DNA of 64,000 nt, from the NCBI GenBank assembly GCA_965232515.1, contig CBDDPY010000002.1, forward strand, positions 2,464,001-2,528,000. The letters are read 5' to 3'. A program made the position numbers and the translations under genes. Shown here one piece after another: positions 17,733 to 27,428 of the stretch. The notes beneath the pieces were generated by a model. That model searched no databases. It was given only the letters and a program-made list of their open reading frames with translations, and was not told the origin of the DNA. Position 1 is the stretch's first letter; the number at the start of each line of letters is the position of its first letter. The DNA is from Alphaproteobacteria bacterium (GTDB lineage: Bacteria > Pseudomonadota > Alphaproteobacteria > GCA-2731375).

Positions 17733-18707
17733 TCATGGCTTGTCGCGCCGACGTCCTGACGTCAGCCACATAAGCGGTGTCGCGATCAGTCCCCGCGGCA
17801 GCAGCACGACGGACGCCATGAACACCAGGCCCAGCGCCAGGATCCAGAAGTCGCCGAGCAGTTCGGCGAAGGTGCTCTCCATGAGCCGCACCGCGATCGC
17901 GCCCAAGAACGCCGCCAGCAGCATCTCCTTGCCGCCGAGCGCCACCCAGATCAGCACCTCGGTCGACAGACCGAAGCCGATCAGCGTCGGCGAGGCGAAC
18001 TCGTCGACGGCCACGAACAGCGCACCGGCAAGTCCGGCGATAGCAGCGCCGATCACGAAGACGATCAGACGCAGCGACAACACGTGATAGCCGAAGAAGG
18101 CGAGTCGCCGGGGATCGCCGTGCATGGCGGTCAACACAACGCCGAAGGGTGAGGCCAGCAGGCGGTCGAGCGCCACGTAAACCGCCGCGACCACGGCCAG
18201 CACAAGATAATAGCGCGGCATTTCCTGCCAGAGCTCGATGGATGCGCCGAACAGCCCGAGGTCGATCGGCGGCACGCCTGAGAGACCGTTGTCGGCGCCG
18301 AGCGTGTAGGAACTCTTCAAGGTCTGTTCCAGGATATAGGCGATGGCCAGCGTTACGATGGCGAGATAGGCGCCGCTCAGGCCGCGGCCGAGGAACAGGA
18401 AGTAGCCCAGCAGCGCCGCGAAGCCCGCCGCCGCCAGCACCGCCGCCGCTAGGCCGAGATAGCTCGACGTCAGCACCCCGCCCAACATGCCCATGGTGCA
18501 GGCCGCCATCACGTAACCGCCGATGCCGAAGAACATGGCCTGCCCGAAGCACAGGATTCCGGCACGGCCCCAGACCAGCGACAGCGACATGGCGAACAGG
18601 CCGAAGATCAGGTAGCGGGTGAGCTGCCCGGTCCAGTAATCCGCGCTGACGAGCGGAAACACCGCCAGCGCCAGGAACACCACGGCGGCCAACCACCTAG
18701 GCGCCAT
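17733..18707 (-). CDS. Branched-chain/urea-amide ABC permease (LivM/UrtC-like)
   Basis: WGRAGILCFGQAMFFGIGGY, EVLIWVALGGK. Start at ATG 18707. Confidence 0.9.
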   Translation of the reverse strand: MAPRWLAAVVFLALAVFPLVSADYWTGQLTRYLIFGLFAMSLSLVWGRAGILCFGQAMFFGIGGYVMAACTMGMLGGVLTSSYLGLAAAVLAAAGFAALLGYFLFLGRGLSGAYLAIVTLAIAYILEQTLKSSYTLGADNGLSGVPPIDLGLFGASIELWQEMPRYYLVLAVVAAVYVALDRLLASPFGVVLTAMHGDPRRLAFFGYHVLSLRLIVFVIGAAIAGLAGALFVAVDEFASPTLIGFGLSTEVLIWVALGGKEMLLAAFLGAIAVRLMESTFAELLGDFWILALGLVFMASVVLLPRGLIATPLMWLTSGRRRDKP

Positions 18708-19557
18708 CGCGGCCCCCAAGCAGCCCCTGCGGCCGCAGCCGGATGATGATGATCGCCAGCACGAAGACGACGATCTGCGCCACCACCGGCGACAGCCAGA
18801 CCGTCGCCAGGTTGTTGGTGCCGCCAACGAGGCCACCGCCGACCAGCACGCCGGCGAGCGGCCCGGCCCCGCCGACCATGATCGAGATGAAGGCCGGAAT
18901 GAGGTAACCGAGCCCCATCTGCGGATCGACGCTGATCAGCGGCGCCACCAGCGCGCCGGCCAGCCCCGCGACGGCGGTGCCGATGACGAAGCTCGCGCGA
19001 TAGACCCGGCGGGTGTCGACGCCCAAGGCCGCGGCCGTGTCGGGCCGCGCGATCACGGCTCGGGCGACCAGGCCGAAGTCGGTGCGCAGGAAGATCCAGA
19101 ACACGGCCGCGATGATCGCGACGGCGATCGCCATCAGCAGTAGTCGGTAGACCGGATAGGCGAATTCGCCGAGGCTGATCGCGGCGGCCATCGGCGCGAC
19201 CACGCTGTGCGAGGCGGGCCCCCAGATCAGCACCACGGCCTGTTTGAGCGCGATGGACAGGCCCCAGGTCGCCAAAATCGTATCGAGCGGTCGTCGATAG
19301 ATATGTCGGATCAGCGCCGCCTCGATCACCAGGCCGACGGCGCCGACCACGACCGGCGCCGCGGCCACCGCCAGCCAGAACGGCGCGCCGGCCGACTGCA
19401 GCCAGACCACGGTATAGGCGCCCAGCATGAACAGCTCGCCATGCGCCATGTTGATCACGCGCATCATGCCGAACACGACGACCAGCCCCAGCGCGACCAG
19501 CACCAGCACCAGCACGTAGGACGCCATGTTCAGCAGGATGATGGCGGCTTCGGCCAT
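18697..19557 (-). CDS. ABC permease (LivH/UrtB-like)
   Basis: FGMMRVINMAHGELFMLGAY, RPLDTILATWG. Confidence 0.92.
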   Translation of the reverse strand: MAEAAIILLNMASYVLVLVLVALGLVVVFGMMRVINMAHGELFMLGAYTVVWLQSAGAPFWLAVAAAPVVVGAVGLVIEAALIRHIYRRPLDTILATWGLSIALKQAVVLIWGPASHSVVAPMAAAISLGEFAYPVYRLLLMAIAVAIIAAVFWIFLRTDFGLVARAVIARPDTAAALGVDTRRVYRASFVIGTAVAGLAGALVAPLISVDPQMGLGYLIPAFISIMVGGAGPLAGVLVGGGLVGGTNNLATVWLSPVVAQIVVFVLAIIIIRLRPQGLLGGRDGA

Positions 19558-19565
19558 GGGGGCGC

Positions 19566-20270
19566 CTACAACGACAGATGCCGGGCGAGGATGGCGGTAT
19601 CGGCCGCGACCTCGGCGGCCGGCGCCGTCTCGACCACGCGGCCGTTATCCATGAAGGCGATGGTTCGCGCCGTGGTCAGCACCAGGTCGACATTCTGCTC
19701 GACCACCAGCACGGTCAGACCGGCGTCAGTCGCGATCCGCGCCACCGTCTCGGCGATCTCGTGCACGATCGACGGCTGGATGCCTTCCGTCGGCTCGTCC
19801 AACAGCAGCATGTCCGGCCGCCGCGCCAGCGCCCGGCCGATCGCCAGCATCTGCTGCTGGCCGCCCGACAGCGTGCCGGCGATCTGTCGCCGCCGCTCGG
19901 CCAGGATTGGGAACCAGTCGTAGACCTCGTCCGGGACCTGGGCGTTGCGGCCGCCCGGCAGGCCAATCAGGCCCAGCCGCAGGTTCTGTTCGACGGTCAG
20001 TTCGTCGAAGATCTCGCGGCCCTGCGGCACGTAGGCGAGACCCTGTCGGGCGATCTCATGCGTCGCCGCGCCGGTGATGTCCCGGTCCTTGAACCGGATC
20101 TCGCCCCGCCGCGCCGGCAACAGGCCCATGCAGGTCCGCAGCAGCGTCGTCTTGCCCATGCCGTTGCGGCCCATCAGCGCCACGACGCCGCCGGCCGGCA
20201 CCTCCAGATCGACGCCATGCAGCACCGTCGCCCGGCCGTATCCCCCCGTCAGACCGCGCACGCGCAGCAT
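19566..20270 (-). CDS. ABC ATPase (LivF/UrtE-like)
   Basis: GRNGMGKTT, YVPQGREIF, LSGGQQQ, LLDEPTEGIQPS. Confidence 0.93.
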   Translation of the reverse strand: MLRVRGLTGGYGRATVLHGVDLEVPAGGVVALMGRNGMGKTTLLRTCMGLLPARRGEIRFKDRDITGAATHEIARQGLAYVPQGREIFDELTVEQNLRLGLIGLPGGRNAQVPDEVYDWFPILAERRRQIAGTLSGGQQQMLAIGRALARRPDMLLLDEPTEGIQPSIVHEIAETVARIATDAGLTVLVVEQNVDLVLTTARTIAFMDNGRVVETAPAAEVAADTAILARHLSL

Positions 20271-20999
20271 TCAGCGGCCCCGGCCGAAATAGAGCTCGCG
20301 CACCTCGGCGTCGGCCCGGATGGTCGCGTAATCGCCAGAGCGCAGGATCTGTCCCTTGGCCATCACCGTCACCGGGCAGCCCAGGTCCTGCAGGAACGCC
20401 ATGTCGTGCTCGATGACCAGCACCGTGACGTCGCCCCCGTCGGCGAGCCGGCCGATCAGCTCGGCCGTCGCCGCGGTCTCGGTCATGGTCATGCCGGCGG
20501 TCGGCTCGTCCAGCAGTAAGAGCCGCGCGCGGGAAGCCAGCAGCATGGCGATCTCCAGCCACTGCCGTTCGCCATGCGACAGTTCGCCCGCCGGCAGATC
20601 GCGTTTGCCGTCGAGGCCGACCTGTTCCAGCGCGGCTATCGGCATATCCGTGTCGGCAGCGCCCCAATAGGACAGCCCTGCGCGGGCCCAGGCCGGCACC
20701 GCCAGATTCTGGGCCACGCTCAGCGCGTCGAACACGGCCGGCACCTGGAACTTCCGGCCGATGCCGCGCCGCGCGATATCGTGCGGCGGCAGGCCGGTGA
20801 TTTCGGCGCCGTCGAAGAACACCTGGCCGCCGCTCGGCGCCAGGGCGCCGCTGATCAGGTTGAAGAGCGTCGACTTGCCGCAACCATTTGGTCCAACAAG
20901 CGCGTGCAGGGCGCCCGCCTCGAGGCTGAAATCGACGCCGTCGACGGCGGCCAGACCGCCGAAATCCTTTCGCAGATCAACCGTTTGCAGCAGTGGCAC
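20271..20999 (-). CDS. ABC ATPase (LivG/UrtD-like)
   Basis: GPNGCGKST, GIGRKFQ, LSHGERQWLEI, LLDEPTAGM. GTG start at 20999 with SD GAGGGG. Confidence 0.92.
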   Translation of the reverse strand: MPLLQTVDLRKDFGGLAAVDGVDFSLEAGALHALVGPNGCGKSTLFNLISGALAPSGGQVFFDGAEITGLPPHDIARRGIGRKFQVPAVFDALSVAQNLAVPAWARAGLSYWGAADTDMPIAALEQVGLDGKRDLPAGELSHGERQWLEIAMLLASRARLLLLDEPTAGMTMTETAATAELIGRLADGGDVTVLVIEHDMAFLQDLGCPVTVMAKGQILRSGDYATIRADAEVRELYFGRGR

Positions 21000-21178
21000 A
21001 GGTCCCCTCGGCTTTCGACCCGCTGAGCAAACGGCGGCGGGCGCGCCATCATTCCCGAATTCAGGCCGGCGGGCAAAATTCAATTGCCTTCGGTCCGGCC
21101 TGCGGGAAACAATTCGTGCAATAATTCGGTCATAGAACGGCGCGCACGCGCCGGCGCCCAACGTATGGGAGAACAAGA

Positions 21179-22363
21179 ATGATGAAAATCAATCGTCGTA
21201 AGTTCCTGGCAACCGGCGCGGCCGCCGGTATTGCAGCGTTCCCGATGCCCGCCATCTCGCAGGGCAAGACCGTCAAGGTCGGCGCCGCGCAGCCGTTCTC
21301 CGGCGGCCTCGAGCTGTTCGGCGCGCAGGCCCGCTTCGGCCTCGACCTCGCCGCGTCCGAGATCAACGCCGCCGGCGGCATCATGGGCCACAAGGTCGAG
21401 ATCATCTACGAAGACATGAAGACCGACCCCAAGACCGCCGCCGAGAAGGCCCGCAAGCTGATCCAGCGCGACGAGGTCATCGCCGTCTCCGGCCCGATCA
21501 CCTCATCGGGCCGCAACGCCATGGTGCCGCATATGCAGCGCCTGAAGACGCCGCTGCTCTACGCCACCAATTACGAGGGCGCGGACGACCAGGGCGGCGG
21601 CTGCGGCCGCTACCTGTTCTTCTTCAACACCGTGCCCAACCAGGACACGGCGCCGCTGATCCCCTACCTAAAGGACCAGGGCATCGGCACGTCCTACTAC
21701 ATGTTCGGCGCCAACTACGTCTGGCCGCGCAACATGTTCAAGGCGGCGAAGGACATGATCGGCCAGATCGGTGGCGAGACGCTGGCCGAGGAATACACGC
21801 CCTTCGGCGTCAAGGACTTCACCTCGGTGATCAAGAAGGTCTCCGACTCCGACTGCGACATCCTGCTGTTCGCGCTGCCCGGCGCCGACGGCATCACCTT
21901 CATCAAGCAGGCGGAAGAATTCGGCCTGACGAAAAAGCTCACGATCGCCTTCCTCGGCTTCTCCGAGACCTATCTCGGCGCCTTCGGCGCCGGCAAGGGC
22001 GAGAACATGTATGTCGGCGTGCCGTTCGTCGCCTCCAGCGACGATCCCGGCGTCAAGGACTTCGTCGCCCGCGTGCGCGCCATGCACGGGGCCGACGCCG
22101 GCGTCTCGCACTACGTGATGACGCACTACAACTCGCTGATGGCGCTGAAGGCGGGCCTGGAGAAATCCGGCAGCATCGACCGCGAGGCCGCGGTCGACGG
22201 CATGTCGGGCCTGTCCTTCGACATCCCCACCGGCAAGGCGACGATCACCGAGGCCGACCACCACGTGATCATGAACATGTATATCGCCAAGACCGACGGC
22301 GGCAGCCTCAAGGTCATCAAACCCCTCGGCCCCATCGCCCCGATTTCACACTGCAAGGCGTGA
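21179..22363 (+). CDS. Tat-exported ABC substrate-binding protein (UrtA/AmiC-like)
   Basis: NRRKFL Tat motif, EINAAGG, TSSGR, YEG, VPNQ, GANYVWPR. Confidence 0.9.
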   Translation: MMKINRRKFLATGAAAGIAAFPMPAISQGKTVKVGAAQPFSGGLELFGAQARFGLDLAASEINAAGGIMGHKVEIIYEDMKTDPKTAAEKARKLIQRDEVIAVSGPITSSGRNAMVPHMQRLKTPLLYATNYEGADDQGGGCGRYLFFFNTVPNQDTAPLIPYLKDQGIGTSYYMFGANYVWPRNMFKAAKDMIGQIGGETLAEEYTPFGVKDFTSVIKKVSDSDCDILLFALPGADGITFIKQAEEFGLTKKLTIAFLGFSETYLGAFGAGKGENMYVGVPFVASSDDPGVKDFVARVRAMHGADAGVSHYVMTHYNSLMALKAGLEKSGSIDREAAVDGMSGLSFDIPTGKATITEADHHVIMNMYIAKTDGGSLKVIKPLGPIAPISHCKA

Positions 22364-22374
22364 TGAGTGCCGTA

Positions 22375-22498
22375 GCCCTCACCCTCCCACGAGCTGACGC
22401 TCGCGGGTCCCTCCCTCTCCCGCAAGCGGGAGAGGGGCAACAAACCGCGGCGGCAGCAGCTCCCTCTCCCGTTTACGGGAGAGGGATGGGGTGAGGGC
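22375..22498. repeat. Alphaproteobacterial palindromic REP/RIME-like element
   Basis: GCCCTCACCC...GGGTGAGGGC termini with two internal CCCTCTCCCG-N4-CGGGAGAGGG hairpins. Confidence 0.8.
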
Positions 22499-22554
22499 AA
22501 TCGAGTGATCCGCTTTATTCCGACTGCGATACTGACCATCAAGGACTCCCCACC

Positions 22555-23304
22555 ATGACCGACAGCCCGACCGCGAAGCTGACGCAGGACCTGGCCGCGG
22601 CCATGCCGCTCGCCTACGAAAGCCTGACGCTGCAATCCCAGCGCGTCGGCATGGTCATCGTCGACGAGGTCAACGGCTTCGCCACGGTCGGCGCCGGCAA
22701 CCTGGCGCCGCCGGTCGAGAACCCGCAGGTCTCGAAGATGGTCGCCGAGACCGACCGGCTGGCCCGCGACTTCTCGACCCGCGGCTGGCCGGTGCTCGCG
22801 TTCCTCGACACGCACGTGCCCGGCAAGCCCGAACCGCCCTACCCGCCGCATTGCGAGGCCGGCACCGGCGAGGAAGAGCTGGTGCCCGAGCTCGAATGGC
22901 TGACCGATGATCCGAACGCCACGCTGGTGCGCAAGGACTGCATCAACGGCTTCGTCGGCGCCTTCCAGGCCGACGGCAGCAACGCCGTCGTCGACTGGGT
23001 CAGGCGGCACCAGCTGGAGCAGATCCTGGTCGTCGGCATCTGCACCGACATCTGCGTTATGGATTTTGTGCTGACCATGCTGTCGGCCCGCAACCACGAC
23101 ATGATGCCGGGCCTGGCCGACATCCTGGTCTACGAAGGCGGCTGCTCGACCTACGACCTGCCGCGGGCCACCGCCGAGAGTATCGGCTACGGCGCCGCCG
23201 CCGCGCACCCGCAGGACGTGACCCACTATATGGGCCTCTACTTCATGGCTTCCCGCGGCGCCCGCCTGGTCGACTCCGTCGCCGTCGCCGCCCAGGCCGC
23301 TTAG
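22555..23304 (+). CDS. Isochorismatase-family cysteine hydrolase, plant NIC1-type nicotinamidase-like
   Basis: VDEVNGFATVGAGNLAP, DTH...PEPPYPPHC..GTGEE, KDCINGF, VGICTDICV. Confidence 0.85.
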   Translation: MTDSPTAKLTQDLAAAMPLAYESLTLQSQRVGMVIVDEVNGFATVGAGNLAPPVENPQVSKMVAETDRLARDFSTRGWPVLAFLDTHVPGKPEPPYPPHCEAGTGEEELVPELEWLTDDPNATLVRKDCINGFVGAFQADGSNAVVDWVRRHQLEQILVVGICTDICVMDFVLTMLSARNHDMMPGLADILVYEGGCSTYDLPRATAESIGYGAAAAHPQDVTHYMGLYFMASRGARLVDSVAVAAQAA

Positions 23305-24191
23305 CCCGGCAACACCGGACCGTCGCCGACAATCGTCGTGCAGTGCATGATGCGCCGCACGTTAGCGGCGTCATACGGCATCACCGCGTGCATGGTGCAA
23401 CGGTTGTCCCACATGATCACGTCGTGCGGCCGCCATTTGTGGCGATAGACGAAGCGGTCCTGGGTCGCGAACGCGATCAGGTCGTCGAACAGCGCCCGCG
23501 CCTCGCCGTCGCCCATGCCCTCGATGCCGGCCATGGTGTGCGGGCTGATGAACAGCGAGCGCCGGTCGGTCACCGGATGCCGGCGGATCAGCGGATGGCT
23601 GGCCGCGTCGAGTTGCGTGAAATGGCTCTCGTCCGCCGGCGCCAGACCGTCGGTCAGGCTCATGACGTGGTCGTGGCTGTGCACCGCGCGCAGTCCCGCC
23701 AGCCGCGCCTGCAGTTCCGGCGGCAGGGCGTCGTACACCGCGTACATGTTGGCGAACAGCGTATCGCCGCCATCTGCCGGCACCTCGATGCCGTGCAGCA
23801 CCGAGCCCAGGCTCGGCACGGCGCGGAACGAGCTGTCGGTATGCCAGAGCCAGGTCAGGCTGAGATACTTCGCCGCCGGCTTGTCCGTCGCCAGTAGCCG
23901 GCCGGCCTCGTCGACGTTGGCGACCCGGTAGATCTCCGGATGCCGCGACGACCGGTGCTCGACAGAGGGATGGATCTCAAGCGCGCCGAAGTGTTTCGCG
24001 AACGCAATCTGCTCGGCATCGCTGATCGGCTGATCGGGAAAGATCAGCAGCGGGTGCTGCATCCAGATCTCACGGATGCGGTCGCAGATCGCGTCGTCCG
24101 CACGGGCCAAATCGACGCCGCCGACTTCCGTACCGATCAGCGGATGCCGCCGCGTGACGGTGATCTCCGAATCCTGCGCCGCGACCGACAT
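23301..24191 (-). CDS. TauD/TfdA-family Fe(II)/2-oxoglutarate dioxygenase
   Basis: WHTDSSF, GGDTLFANM, HPLIRRHP, WDNRCTMH. Confidence 0.92.
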   Translation of the reverse strand: MSVAAQDSEITVTRRHPLIGTEVGGVDLARADDAICDRIREIWMQHPLLIFPDQPISDAEQIAFAKHFGALEIHPSVEHRSSRHPEIYRVANVDEAGRLLATDKPAAKYLSLTWLWHTDSSFRAVPSLGSVLHGIEVPADGGDTLFANMYAVYDALPPELQARLAGLRAVHSHDHVMSLTDGLAPADESHFTQLDAASHPLIRRHPVTDRRSLFISPHTMAGIEGMGDGEARALFDDLIAFATQDRFVYRHKWRPHDVIMWDNRCTMHAVMPYDAANVRRIMHCTTIVGDGPVLPG

Positions 24192-24330
24192 GACCCACCT
24201 CCCGTTCAACCCGCACTACGGCGTCATTGTGCCATCGCCGATGCGCCACCCCCAATCGGGATCGCTCTATGTCGTGATTGATGTTTCCGTGTCGGTCGGA
24301 CGGGATCTTGTCGACGGCAAGCCAACAGCA

Positions 24331-24390
24331 AAACACCCCCGCGCCAGCCCTCCCCTGGAAGAGAGAGGGTTGGCGCGGGGGTGTTTGTTT
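24331..24390 (-). terminator. Intrinsic terminator after the Mo-hydroxylase operon
   Basis: AAACACCCCCGCGCCAGCCCTC...GAGGGTTGGCGCGGGGGTGTTT hairpin with T-runs on both strands. Confidence 0.65.
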
Positions 24391-24418
24391 TCGGGCAAAG
24401 AGACCGAGCCTCGGCCGC

Positions 24419-24667
24419 TCACCCACCCCCGATCTTCGGCATGATGAAGATCTCGTTCGAGTCGTCGACCGATTCGAACATGGCGTCCTGATAGATCTCG
24501 CCGTCGATGGCTATGGCCATCGACTCGCGGATCTGCTCGCCCAGGCCCGGGTAGCGCTCGTCCAGCGCCTTGAGGAGCTGCCGGACATTGCTGCCCGGCA
24601 CCTCGATCTCGGTCTCGCCCGACGTGTAGACCTGGGCGAGCCCGCTGGTCAGCACGACCCGCGGCAT
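24419..24667 (-). CDS. MoaD/ThiS-family sulfur carrier
   Basis: 82 aa, L...YPGL, AIDGE, C-terminal IGGG. Confidence 0.88.
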   Translation of the reverse strand: MPRVVLTSGLAQVYTSGETEIEVPGSNVRQLLKALDERYPGLGEQIRESMAIAIDGEIYQDAMFESVDDSNEIFIMPKIGGG

Positions 24668-24678
24668 GGGCGCTCGGC

Positions 24679-26946
24679 TCAGCCGCCGTTGTCGATGGCG
24701 TCCAGCACCCGCGGCGGCGACATCGGCAGATCGGGCATACGCACGCCGACCGCGTTCTCGATGGCGTTCGCCACCGCCGCCATCGGCGGCACGATCGGCA
24801 CCTCGCCGACCCCGCGCACCCCGTAGGGATGCTTCGGATTCGGCACCTCGATCATCACCGCGTCGATCATCGGCATATCGGAGGCCACCGGCACCCGGTA
24901 GTCGAGGAAGCCCGGATTCTCCAGCTGGCCGTCCTCGTTGTAGATGTACTCCTCGTTCAGCGCCCAGCCGATGCCCTGCACGACGCCGCCCTGGATCTGC
25001 CCCTCGACATAGCTCGGGTGGATCGCCCGGCCGACATCCTGGACCGCCGTGTAGCGCAGGATCTTGACGTGGCCGGTCTCCTTGTCGACCTCGACGTCGC
25101 AGATATGCGTGGCGAAGCCAGGGCCCGCCCCTTGCGCGTTCAGCGCGCCGTGGCCGTTGATCGGCCCGCCGGTCTTGGGCGCCATGGCGGCGATCTCGGC
25201 GAGCGACATCGGCTCGAAGTCGCCGGCGTTGCTGCTGGCGGGGCGCGCGTGCCCGTCCTCCCAGACCACGGCGTCGACCGGGATGTCCCAGATCTTGGCC
25301 ACCCGCTCGCGCATGTCGCGGATCGCGTCGCGCGCCGCCTCGACCACGGCCATGCCGGTGGCGAAGGTGACGCGGCTGCCGCCGGTCAGGAAGGTGAAGC
25401 CGATCGAGCTGGTGTCGCCGACGATCGGCCGGATCTTCTCGACCTCGACGCCGAGTTCCTCCGCCGCCATCATGGCGAGCGAAGCGCGCGAGCCGCCGAT
25501 ATCCGGGTTGCCCGAGACCAGCACGGCGGTGCCGTCCTCGTTGATGTGCAGGTCGGCGCAGGATTCGCCGCCGATGTTGAACCAGAAGCCCGAGGCCACG
25601 CCCCGGCCCTGGTTCGGGCCCAGCGGCGCCGCATAATGCTCGTGCGCCTTCGCCGCCTGCACGGTCTCCAGCATGCCGATTTCCTGGTACTTCGGCCCAT
25701 AGGCGGCCTGGGTGCCCTGCTTCGCCGAATTCATCTCCCGCAGGTCGAGCGGATCGATGCGGAGCTTCTTCGCCAGTTCGTCGAGCGCGCTCTCGACCGC
25801 GAAGGCCGAGATCGGCGCGCCCGGCGCCCGGTACGCGGCGACCCGCGGCCGGTTCGTGGCGACGTCGAAGCCGATCACCCGGACGTTCTCGATCTCATAC
25901 GGCGCGTAGGCGGCCATGCAGCCCTGCTGCACCGGCGAGGCCGGGAAGGCGCCGCCCTGGAACTTCAGCACGGCTTCCGCGGCCGTGATCTTGCCCTCCT
26001 TCGTGGCGCCGATCTTGACCTCGACGGTACCGCCCGAGGTCGGCCCGGTGCCCCGGAACACCTCGTCGCGGGTCATCACCATTTTCACCGGCCGGCCCGA
26101 CTTGCGCGACAGCACGGCGGCCACCGGCTCGAGATAGATCACCGTCTTGCCGCCGAAGCCGCCGCCGATCTCGGCCGGCGTCACGCGGATCTGCGAGTTC
26201 TCGATGCCCAGGATCTTGGCCGTATAGGCGCGGACCATGAACTGGCCCTGGCTGCTCGACCAGATCTGGATCTGGCCGTCCTCGGCCACGTTCACCAGCG
26301 TCGCCTGGGGCTCGATATAGCCCTGGTGGATGGCCTGGGTCGAATACTTGCGCTCGACGATCTCGTCCGCTTGGGCGAATCCGTCCTCGACGTTGCCGAT
26401 ACCCAGATCGACGCGCTTGGCGACGTTCGACGGCTTCTCCGGCGCCGGCTTCACGCCCTTGGTAAACAGGTCGTCGTGCAGCAGCGGCGCGTCCGCCTCC
26501 ATGGCCGCCTCGACCTCGATGACGTGCGGCAGCACCTCGTACTCGACCTCGATCAGCGACAGCGCTTCCTCGGCGATCGACGCGCTGGTCGCGGCCACCG
26601 CGGCGACGGCATGGCCGTCATAGAGCGCCTTGCCGCGCGCCATGCAGTTATGCGCCATGTCCCGCATGTTCAGCGGGCCCTCGCCGATATAGGCCTCCTC
26701 CGGCGGGATCTCGGGCAGGTCGGCGGCGCTCGCCACCGCCTTCACGCCCGGAAGCGCCAGCGCCTTGTCGAAGTTGATCGACTTGATGCGGGCGTGCGCA
26801 TGCGGGCTGCGCAGTACCTTGCCGACCAGCATGCCGGGCAGCGAATAGTCCGCGCCGAAGCGGTCGCGGCCGGTGACCTTGCCGACGCCGTCGGGACGGA
26901 TCGGACGGTGACCGACGACTTTGAACGTTTTCGATTCGTTGCCCAT
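24679..26946 (-). CDS. Xanthine dehydrogenase-family molybdopterin-binding large subunit
   Basis: KVTG, LRSPHAHA, IGGGFGGK, AYRAPG, EGQIQGGVVQGIG, GVRGVGE. Confidence 0.95.
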   Translation of the reverse strand: MGNESKTFKVVGHRPIRPDGVGKVTGRDRFGADYSLPGMLVGKVLRSPHAHARIKSINFDKALALPGVKAVASAADLPEIPPEEAYIGEGPLNMRDMAHNCMARGKALYDGHAVAAVAATSASIAEEALSLIEVEYEVLPHVIEVEAAMEADAPLLHDDLFTKGVKPAPEKPSNVAKRVDLGIGNVEDGFAQADEIVERKYSTQAIHQGYIEPQATLVNVAEDGQIQIWSSSQGQFMVRAYTAKILGIENSQIRVTPAEIGGGFGGKTVIYLEPVAAVLSRKSGRPVKMVMTRDEVFRGTGPTSGGTVEVKIGATKEGKITAAEAVLKFQGGAFPASPVQQGCMAAYAPYEIENVRVIGFDVATNRPRVAAYRAPGAPISAFAVESALDELAKKLRIDPLDLREMNSAKQGTQAAYGPKYQEIGMLETVQAAKAHEHYAAPLGPNQGRGVASGFWFNIGGESCADLHINEDGTAVLVSGNPDIGGSRASLAMMAAEELGVEVEKIRPIVGDTSSIGFTFLTGGSRVTFATGMAVVEAARDAIRDMRERVAKIWDIPVDAVVWEDGHARPASSNAGDFEPMSLAEIAAMAPKTGGPINGHGALNAQGAGPGFATHICDVEVDKETGHVKILRYTAVQDVGRAIHPSYVEGQIQGGVVQGIGWALNEEYIYNEDGQLENPGFLDYRVPVASDMPMIDAVMIEVPNPKHPYGVRGVGEVPIVPPMAAVANAIENAVGVRMPDLPMSPPRVLDAIDNGG

Positions 26947-26948
26947 GT

Positions 26949-27425
26949 TCAGGCTCCCCTCATCTCGGCGGCCGTATCCAGAACGGCGCGAATGATCTTG
27001 TCATAGCCGGTGCAGCGGCACAGGTTGCCGGCCAGCCAGTAGCGCACCTCGGTCTCGGTCGGGTCGGGATTGCGTTCCAGCAGATCCTTCGCCGCGACCA
27101 GGAAGCCCGGGGTGCAGATACCGCACTGTAATGCCGCATATTCGAGAAACTTTTGTTGCAGTGGATGCAGTTCCTCGCCCTTGGCCATGCCTTCGATGGT
27201 CTCGACCTCGCCGCCTTCGGCCTCGACGCCCAGCACCAGGCAGGCACAGACCAGGCGGCCGTTCAGCATCACGCTGCAGGCGCCGCAGTCGCCGGACGCG
27301 CAGCCTTCCTTGCTGCCCGTCAGATCCAGCTCGTCGCGCAGCACGTCCAGCAGGGTCTGCTGCGTCTCGCAGAGGAACTCGACGGCCTCGCCGTTGATCG
27401 TTGTCGTTACGTGGTTCTTCGCCAT
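26949..27425 (-). CDS. 2Fe-2S small subunit (CoxS-like)
   Basis: GSKEGCASGDCGACSV, QCGICTPG, NLCRCTGY. Confidence 0.95.
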   Translation of the reverse strand: MAKNHVTTTINGEAVEFLCETQQTLLDVLRDELDLTGSKEGCASGDCGACSVMLNGRLVCACLVLGVEAEGGEVETIEGMAKGEELHPLQQKFLEYAALQCGICTPGFLVAAKDLLERNPDPTETEVRYWLAGNLCRCTGYDKIIRAVLDTAAEMRGA

Positions 27426-27428
27426 CGG

